Shown: positions 56,127-64,000 of the stretch, piece after piece
Layout: each line of letters starts with the position of its first letter
Position numbering within the stretch: the stretch's first letter is position 1
NCBI GenBank assembly: GCA_963815195.1
Contig: CAWFGE010000023.1
Location: 480,001-544,000, forward strand
Reading direction: 5' to 3'
From: an uncultured Planctomycetaceae bacterium
Lineage (GTDB): Bacteria; Planctomycetota; Planctomycetia; Planctomycetales; Planctomycetaceae
Length of the DNA stretch: 64,000 nt
Program-made: the position numbers and the translations under genes
Notes under the pieces: generated by a model
Database searches by the model: none
What the model was told of the DNA's origin: nothing
Seen by the model: the letters and a program-made list of their open reading frames with translations, nothing else

Positions 56127-56764
56127 CGCGAGGTTACGCTCCCGCGTCGTCTTTGAAACTCGTCGGCGACCGGTTCGAACTCACGGAACGCCAACGCATC
56201 GCTGTGCTGAGATCCAGTTGTTCCGATCAAGCCTTGGCCCGCCGATTGTCCACCCGTGTAGAACCGGTAAACGCTGCCAGCCGGGTGCTGTGTTTGGATG
56301 GCTTCAATGTGCTGACGACAATTGAAGCGGCGATCGCGGGAGGTGTGTTGATTTTGGGCCGGGACGGTTGCCTGCGGGACATGGCCAGCATGCACGGCAA
56401 CTACCGCAAAGTCGCAGAAACCCGCCCCGCACTCGAATTGATCGGTTTGAGCCTAAACACTTGCCAAATCAAGGATTGCGTGTGGTATCTGGACCGGCCC
56501 GTGTCCAACAGCAGCCGGCTGAGCCAGATCATTGCCGAAGTCGCCGGCGAGCACGGCTGGAACTGGCGAACGGAACTGGTGGCCGATCCCGATCCCGTTC
56601 TGCAATCCTCGGCGGAACTGGTGGCGTCGGCGGATTGCGCGGTGATCGACCAGTCCGCCGCGTGGTTCAACCTGGCCCGACTGGTCGTCGAAACGCAACT
56701 TCCGAACGCCGAAATCATTCCCCTGGATGACGTGACAGAACCAGAGAAACCACGTTTCCGCTAA
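56015..56764 (+). CDS. DUF434 domain protein
   Basis: HRGPHPQD, LLTRGY, VGDRF, DGFNVL, DRPVSNS. Confidence 0.8.
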   Translation: MPDTRKHRGPHPQDGDLFARPAWPVLAEAVGHLSWLLTRGYAPASSLKLVGDRFELTERQRIAVLRSSCSDQALARRLSTRVEPVNAASRVLCLDGFNVLTTIEAAIAGGVLILGRDGCLRDMASMHGNYRKVAETRPALELIGLSLNTCQIKDCVWYLDRPVSNSSRLSQIIAEVAGEHGWNWRTELVADPDPVLQSSAELVASADCAVIDQSAAWFNLARLVVETQLPNAEIIPLDDVTEPEKPRFR

Positions 56765-57022
56765 AACTTCAAATCGAGCGGGGTTTCCGAGGAAATCCAA
56801 CTGTCACGAATCCCGCGAACATTTTTCCGGGGAACTTGTCTTTCGCTTGGGAATGGCTCGGCTCGCGTGTGAAAAATCCTTCGCCGGGAAGCCTAACCTT
56901 TTCCTTCCGCAGCGAACCGCATAAGATGTGGCAGTCGTGGCCGACCATTGATGCCCTCCAATGCAGCCCGCCCCCTTGTTCCCGCCTGATTGTTGTGTGA
57001 CCTCCAAGGACCTCTGATTCGC

Positions 57023-58415
57023 ATGAATCCGTCTGCGACATCCGTAAGCACGGACTCGGAACCCGCCGCCGGGGAACCGGCGGAGCCGGACAGACGAACT
57101 CCGGCTTTAACCCCTTCCGAAAAAAGCATTTACGGCCGCGTGTTTTGGCTGGCTTATGCGGCGAACGTGTCGCTCGTGATGGCGAACTCGCTCACGTTTC
57201 GCTTTGCGGAATTCGTTCTCCTGGCTCGGCGGCAGCGAAAAAACCGCCGGGACGATCGTCAGCGTGGGAATTTTCGCGGCCCTGTTTCTCCGCTTGATCT
57301 TAGGGCAGGCGATCGACAACTACGGCACCCGCCGATTGTGGGTGGTCGGTTGTTTTTCGTACATCGCGGGCAGCAGCTTGTTCCTGTTTCTGTCGGATTT
57401 GTCCTGGCCGATTTATCTGGCCCGCCTGGGATTCGCGGCGGGGATCGCTACGATGTTCACCTGTTCGATGGTACATATCCAAAACCTCGTGCCGGCGAAT
57501 CGGCGGACCGAAGTCATCGGCAACCTGGGCAGCAGCGGTTTCGTGGGGATGATCCTCGGCTCGCAGTTGGGCGATTGGATTTTCCGCGGCACCGCGGAAG
57601 GGCATGGGCGGTTTCTCGTGCTGTTCGGTGGAACCGTGGTTTTGGGCCTGGTCTACTTGGCCCTCGTGTGGACGCTCACGCGGGGCGACGTGCACAAGCC
57701 CGTGATGCGGACCCCGGCGGTGCATCGGTTGTTGTTCCGCTATTGGCCCGGCAACGTGGTCCTGGTGGCGATGATGATGGGCATCAGCATCACCGTGACC
57801 ACCGTGTTTCTCACGCGGTTTGCCACGAAGTTGGAACTCATCAACGGCGTGGGGACGTTTTTTACCGGCTACGCCGTCACCGCGTTTTTGTTCCGCGTGC
57901 AAACCGCCACCTGGAGCCGAACCATCGGCCGGCACCGCATGATCTGGCTGGGCCTCGCCGGGCACTGCCTGGGGCATGGCGTGCTGCCTTTCGTGACGCA
58001 GGAATGGCATTTCTTGATCCCGGCCGTGGCCTGCGGGTTTGGACACGCCCTGCTGTTCCCCGCGGTGGTTTCGCTGGGGGCCGGGGCGTTTCCCAGGGAA
58101 TTTCGCGGATCGGGAACCGCGCTGACGTTGGGCTTTATCGAGTTGGGAACGGCATTGTCCGCGCCTATGTTAGGTTGGATCATCGATCGCGGCGGAGAGG
58201 CGGGGTTCACCCACATGTTTTGGTCCTCGAGCGCGACGGCTCTGGCCGTTGGAGCGATGTACGCCTTCACGAATCCGCGAACCGACGTCGAAAGCGAAGT
58301 GCCCGGGCCCGTCTCGGAATCCCGGCCGGTCGATGCCTCTCCCGCGGTCGCCTGCCGCTGGGAGCCGTGCCTGCAAACGCCCCGCTGCGATTCGGCGGAC
58401 TCCGGCCAAGGTTGA
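57023..58415 (+). CDS. MFS transporter; frameshift near 57215
   Basis: GQAIDNYGTRR motif A, ~12 TM segments. Confidence 0.85.
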
Positions 58416-58517
58416 AATCTCGGCCCGGACTCTCTTTAATAGGAAAAGCGGCGGGAAAAACCGCAGGGGTTTTTCACTCTCCTTCAAATCCGGAACAACT
58501 CCACTACGAGGACACCG

Positions 58518-58829
58518 ATGAAAACTTTCTCCAAACTCTTCACGGCGGCCTGTCTGCTGACAATAGTCGCCCTGGTCGGTTGCGGCCCGCAAACGGCCAA
58601 GAAATCCGAATCCGAGAAATCAACTTCGGAAGCACCGAACGCCGGCGAACCGAATGCGGACGAAGGCACGACGCCCGAAAAGGCGACGCCGGAAGGCCAA
58701 TCGCCCGAAAAGGCGACTCCCGAACAACCGACACCCGAAACCGACAACGAAAATCCTCCCCCGCCCCCGACCAAGCAAGAAGGCGGCTCCGGCGAAAGCA
58801 AAGGCGGCGTGGAAGTTCCCAAAGAATAG
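58518..58829 (+). CDS. Small disordered lipoprotein
   Basis: LVGC lipobox, TPEKA repeats. Confidence 0.7.
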   Translation: MKTFSKLFTAACLLTIVALVGCGPQTAKKSESEKSTSEAPNAGEPNADEGTTPEKATPEGQSPEKATPEQPTPETDNENPPPPPTKQEGGSGESKGGVEVPKE

Positions 58830-58924
58830 CCGGCTCACCGCGATGCCATGATTCGTCTCATCCCAAACGACGCAGCGGAACCTCCGCCGCGTCGTTTTGC
58901 ATAACCGAAATCCGTTCGAGAATA

Positions 58925-59008
58925 GGCGAGCGGGAGGCGTGAGCCTCCTGGTTTCGTGCGGTTTTGCGTTGGCCAGAGTCACCGGGAGGCTGACACCTCC
59001 CGCTCGCC
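58925..59008. repeat. REPIN-like hairpin, same family as 17231/17973 and 29112
   Basis: ggcgagcgggaggcgtgagcctcctggt...accgggaggctgacacctcccgctcgcc. Confidence 0.75.
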
Positions 59009-59063
59009 CTCCCATTTCCAACACCCTCTGACTTGCAGTTTACAACCGACGGGAGCATTCATC

Positions 59064-60441
<1,378 letters not shown>

Positions 60442-60459
60442 AACGCCATCCCACATCAA

Positions 60460-60511
60460 CCCCAAGCCGACGGCTTGCGGTCGGACCGACGCCAAGGCGT
60501 CGGCTTGGGTA
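60460..60511. repeat. Hairpin between convergent genes (REP or terminator)
   Basis: cccaagccgacg...cgtcggcttggg. Confidence 0.6.
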
Positions 60512-60519
60512 CGATCATG

Positions 60520-61713
60520 CTATTTCGCGGCCGGTTTGCCGAAGGTCAGGGAGAGCTTTTTGCCTGTTCCCGGGGCGAGGAGCCAATCAGACGTCAGCAC
60601 AAAGCCGGTTTCGGTTTTCCGGTAGTCGAACGGACCATCGCCGAAGGGGTCGCGGTGCTTGGGATCCTCCAGGGCTTTTGGCCCCTGCTCCAAGACGGCC
60701 AACCCCGCGTCCAATAGAGCCAGACGTGTGAGGTGCGTCACTTCCAGCATTCTGACCGAAAGCACGCTGGGCAACAGCCAACGGCTGAGAAAATCTTTCG
60801 CACCATTTTTTTTGATGTCCAAAAACAGTTGATCCCGCCGGCGCCGGACTTCTTTCGGAGACAACTTCGTCATCTCGATGATGCGGTCATAATTGTCTCC
60901 CATACGGCGAGTCGCGGGCAACAATTCGCTCTCGTCCAGATCCTTGAAGGCTTGGATGTCCGCGCCGCTCGCATCGGGAACGTCTGTGTCCTGGCCGGTG
61001 AGTTTGAGGATTCTCTGTTTGGGATTCGGCTTTTTTACCTCGGCAATCAGCCAAGGCAAAAAAACGATCTTTTCCCCTCGCATTGCATCTGTGAGACGCC
61101 TTGATTTCGGCACCGCGGCCAATCCCCGTTTGAGTTTCGCGCGGACATCGGCGTCCAGTTCTGGAAGATGCCGGGCCAAAGCGTGCATGCACACCGATTC
61201 GATCGCGTAATCCACCAATAAGGGAATCAGCGTAATCACCTCGTCCTGAGGAAGATGCCTGGCAAGCGTCATCCCCGCAAGCACGTCGTCAACGGCTTGT
61301 TCGGACTGGCCAAGCACAAACCGGTTGTGGGCGCGGAACACGGCCAGCCGGACGAGTTCGCGGGCTTTCGATATGTGCGGAAGCGCGGCGTCCGGCCCCT
61401 CCTCCCAGGCCACTCCCCAAGCGGCGCGCTCCATCTTCGCGCCACGATGCAAGCAGCGGAGCGAGGCTTCGGACTTTTGGATGATCTTCCGGGCCTCATC
61501 GTCGATGGGGCGTTTTCCCTCCAAGACGTCGCTCCGCAACTCAATTTCCTGTTGCGAGAGCTCCGGCATCAGGGCAAAGGCTTGCCAGTACGCCAGGGCG
61601 GCGTTTTGGGCCAAGGGATCGAGCTTCGGCGTCTCTGGTTTTTCCTGGGCGTAGGTTTGCGGGCTTAATAAACTCCCCGCCAACAGGATGGCGATAAAAC
61701 ATCGGTTGAGCAT
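60520..61713 (-). CDS. Secreted hypothetical protein
   Basis: Signal peptide, NAALAYWQAF, DPFGDGPFDY; TAATG coupling to the upstream gene. Confidence 0.7.
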   Translation of the reverse strand: MLNRCFIAILLAGSLLSPQTYAQEKPETPKLDPLAQNAALAYWQAFALMPELSQQEIELRSDVLEGKRPIDDEARKIIQKSEASLRCLHRGAKMERAAWGVAWEEGPDAALPHISKARELVRLAVFRAHNRFVLGQSEQAVDDVLAGMTLARHLPQDEVITLIPLLVDYAIESVCMHALARHLPELDADVRAKLKRGLAAVPKSRRLTDAMRGEKIVFLPWLIAEVKKPNPKQRILKLTGQDTDVPDASGADIQAFKDLDESELLPATRRMGDNYDRIIEMTKLSPKEVRRRRDQLFLDIKKNGAKDFLSRWLLPSVLSVRMLEVTHLTRLALLDAGLAVLEQGPKALEDPKHRDPFGDGPFDYRKTETGFVLTSDWLLAPGTGKKLSLTFGKPAAK

Positions 61714-62165
61714 TAGAGGTCTTCCTTTTGAAAAAGTCGATGAAAGGATCGGATCGAATCGTCCCCTGGCGTCGCGGGCAGCAGGACGGCGGCGTGATGA
61801 TTCAAAAGAGAGTCCAGTTCTTCCGGCGAGCGGGCCGCCTGCCGGTACGCCCAAAGCGTGGGCGGCGGGAATTCTTTTATCGGATGCTTCGGCGGCCGGG
61901 GCTGTGTTTGCTTGACGATTTGATGGGATTCCTTTTCCGGAACAGGGCGAAATACGAAAGCCGCCGCACACAGTCCCAACGCGAGGGCGGAAGCGACCAC
62001 CACCCACGCCGACCGCCGAGAATTTCCAGCCGGCGTGTTCGAGGCCATCGGAGTTTGTGCCCGTTGGACCAGTTCATTAGGAACCGAAGCGTCGGCAATC
62101 TCGGCGACGAGGCTTCGCAGCGGTTCCGCGAGTTCATCTCGGTGGGACGTTGGATGCGGGTTCAT
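61713..62165 (-). CDS. Putative membrane anti-sigma factor
   Basis: Follows the ECF sigma with ATGA overlap; one TM; PPTLWAYRQA. Confidence 0.65.
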   Translation of the reverse strand: MNPHPTSHRDELAEPLRSLVAEIADASVPNELVQRAQTPMASNTPAGNSRRSAWVVVASALALGLCAAAFVFRPVPEKESHQIVKQTQPRPPKHPIKEFPPPTLWAYRQAARSPEELDSLLNHHAAVLLPATPGDDSIRSFHRLFQKEDL

Positions 62166-62698
62166 GGAGAATCCTCCGAAAGGATATCGGCGAACTCCGC
62201 TTCCAATCGCCTGCGGGCCCGGTAAATCGCGGTGGTCACGCTGGCATAGGGCACATTCAAAGTGCGGCGGATTTCGTCGTGGGTCAGGTTTTCAAAATAT
62301 CTGAGGCAAAATACCTCGGCTTCGCGGGGCGGCAGATTCGCGATGGCGGTCCGCAGGCGGTCTTCCAACTCCCGCCGCTCGGCGGCTTCCACAGGCGAAG
62401 CATCCCGGCTCTGACAATCGGCGACATCCCCGGAACTGGGGCGGCGCTTCCGCAGCCGGGCGAGCGCACACGTCGTCGCCAACCGCCTGAGCAAACCCGG
62501 CCAGTTGCGGATCGGTTCGCGTTTCGCCAATTGCAAGGCCTGAAGAAACGTCTCCTGCACGGCATCCTCGGCATCGGCCTGATGGCCGAGAATCCGCCAA
62601 CAGATCCCGGCCACCACCCGACCGTATTGGACATAAATCGTCTCGTCGTGCATCCCCGCCGATTCCGCGAAGGCTGGTTTTCCATCGTCCTCTATCAT
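62162..62698 (-). CDS. ECF RNA polymerase sigma factor
   Basis: DAEDAVQETF, LPPREAEVFCLRY, IYRARRRL. Confidence 0.9.
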   Translation of the reverse strand: MIEDDGKPAFAESAGMHDETIYVQYGRVVAGICWRILGHQADAEDAVQETFLQALQLAKREPIRNWPGLLRRLATTCALARLRKRRPSSGDVADCQSRDASPVEAAERRELEDRLRTAIANLPPREAEVFCLRYFENLTHDEIRRTLNVPYASVTTAIYRARRRLEAEFADILSEDSP

Positions 62699-62870
62699 TC
62701 TTGTTGCGCGACGGCCTTCCATCTGACAGGAGTTTTGGTGGGAATAAAGATTTCCGCGAATCGCTGTCGTAACAGCGGCTTCCGGCCGCCGAGTTTCTCG
62801 CCGATCCGAAATCGGTTAGAATAACACGCGCCGAGATATTGATCCAAATCTTCTCTAAGGAGGTTGGGCG

Positions 62871-63335
62871 ATGCCGATGTTGATTCGATTGACTGTCAAC
62901 GGCCAGGAGAAGCGGATCGAGACGGACGCGGATCGGCCGCTGTTGGATGTGCTCCGGGAAGACCTGCAGCTGACGGGCACGAAGTACGGCTGCGGGGAAG
63001 GCGAATGCGGGGCCTGCACCGTTCTGGTCGATGGCGCGTACGCCCGGTCTTGCATCACGCCGGTCTCGGACGCAGCGGGAAAAGAGGTCCGCACGATCGA
63101 AGGCCTGGCGAGCGACGGCAAGCTGCATCGGATGCAGCAGGCCTTTCTCGACCAGAACGCCATGCAGTGCGGCTATTGTGTGCCCGGCCAGATCATGCGG
63201 GCGGCGGGACTGCTCCACGAAAAGCCCCATCCGTCCCGCGAAGAGATTCTCGAAGCGATGAGCGGCAATGTGTGCCGCTGCTGCAATTACCCGGCCATCC
63301 TCGCAGCCGTCGAATCCGCCGGCAAGATGTCCTGA
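62871..63335 (+). CDS. (2Fe-2S) small subunit of a molybdo-oxidoreductase (IorA/CoxS-like)
   Basis: GTKYGCGEGECGACTV, QCGYC, NVCRC. Confidence 0.92.
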   Translation: MPMLIRLTVNGQEKRIETDADRPLLDVLREDLQLTGTKYGCGEGECGACTVLVDGAYARSCITPVSDAAGKEVRTIEGLASDGKLHRMQQAFLDQNAMQCGYCVPGQIMRAAGLLHEKPHPSREEILEAMSGNVCRCCNYPAILAAVESAGKMS

Positions 63336-63449
63336 CGGCCTGTTTTCAAGTGGATTGGGTGGCGACGACCGACCACGCCCTTCGTTCCTCAGGGCGTGCC
63401 ACCCAAGTTCCTGCCGAATTTTGTAAACCCACACCACAGGAGCTCGATC

Positions 63450-64000
63450 ATGTCCTCCGATCCGCGGGAAATGGAATTGGCCGAAGTCGAGCGTTACGAG
63501 ATCCAGGAACCGCCCGCGTACGAGTTCGAAACCAGCCGGCGCGAGTTCGTGGGGATTCTCGGGGCGGGGTTTGTGATCGCGGCGTCGGCTTCGACCGCGT
63601 CCGCCCAGCGCGGGCGGAGGGGGTCGCGAAGTTCCCGCAACACGCCTTTGTCCCAGCGGTTTCACTTTGGAGAAAACGGCAAGGTCACGGTCTTCACCAG
63701 CAAGGTGGAAGTCGGCCAGGGTTCGCGAACGCAAATCACCCAAGCCGCGGCCGAGGAACTCAGTCTGCCCGTCGACCGCATCGAACTCGTGATGGCGGAC
63801 ACGAAACTCTGTCCCGACGACGGCGGCACCGCGGGCAGTCGCACCACGCCGGCCACTGTTCCCACCGTGCGGGCCGCGGCGGCGGCCGCGCGGGACCTGC
63901 TCCTCCAACTCGCGGCGGAGCATTTAAAGGTCGAGGCTCGTTCGCTCTCGTTCCGCGAGGGCACTTTCCGTGTCGCCAATTCTGAGAAAACCCTCGCGCT
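63450..64000 (+). CDS. Molybdopterin-binding large subunit (IorB-like), runs off the window
   Basis: Translated by hand: SRREF Tat-like motif, KVEVGQG, AAEEL, DGGTAGS. Confidence 0.85.
   Translation, partial: MSSDPREMELAEVERYEIQEPPAYEFETSRREFVGILGAGFVIAASASTASAQRGRRGSRSSRNTPLSQRFHFGENGKVTVFTSKVEVGQGSRTQITQAAAEELSLPVDRIELVMADTKLCPDDGGTAGSRTTPATVPTVRAAAAAARDLLLQLAAEHLKVEARSLSFREGTFRVANSEKTLA

Overview
High-GC Planctomycete-type chromosome segment, judged from DUF1501, DUF1559, a LEPR-XLL giant protein and several REP-like palindrome families. Housekeeping genes include prfA, prmC, rpmE2, hemW, purF, argH and tRNA-Gly. Main results: (1) A ~5 kb minus-strand defence island (~39984-45130) encodes a short, catalytically inactive prokaryotic Argonaute. 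It is translationally coupled to a partner reconstructed as restriction-endonuclease-like (Mrr/PD-(D/E)XK) + TIR-like + APAZ, which is split by an IS4-family element with a clear target duplication. (2) There are three near-identical ISKra4-like elements. Copies 1 and 3 have reciprocally swapped 8-bp target duplications, indicating a ~35.8 kb IS-mediated inversion. (3) A probable 5' group II intron fragment sits inside a REP hairpin. (4) Two lower-GC genes lie between an inverted REP pair within the prfA-prmC operon. (5) There is a 15x 8-bp microsatellite. Many conserved genes carry single-base frameshifts, most likely assembly indel errors. All domain calls come from motif recognition by eye, not database searches.
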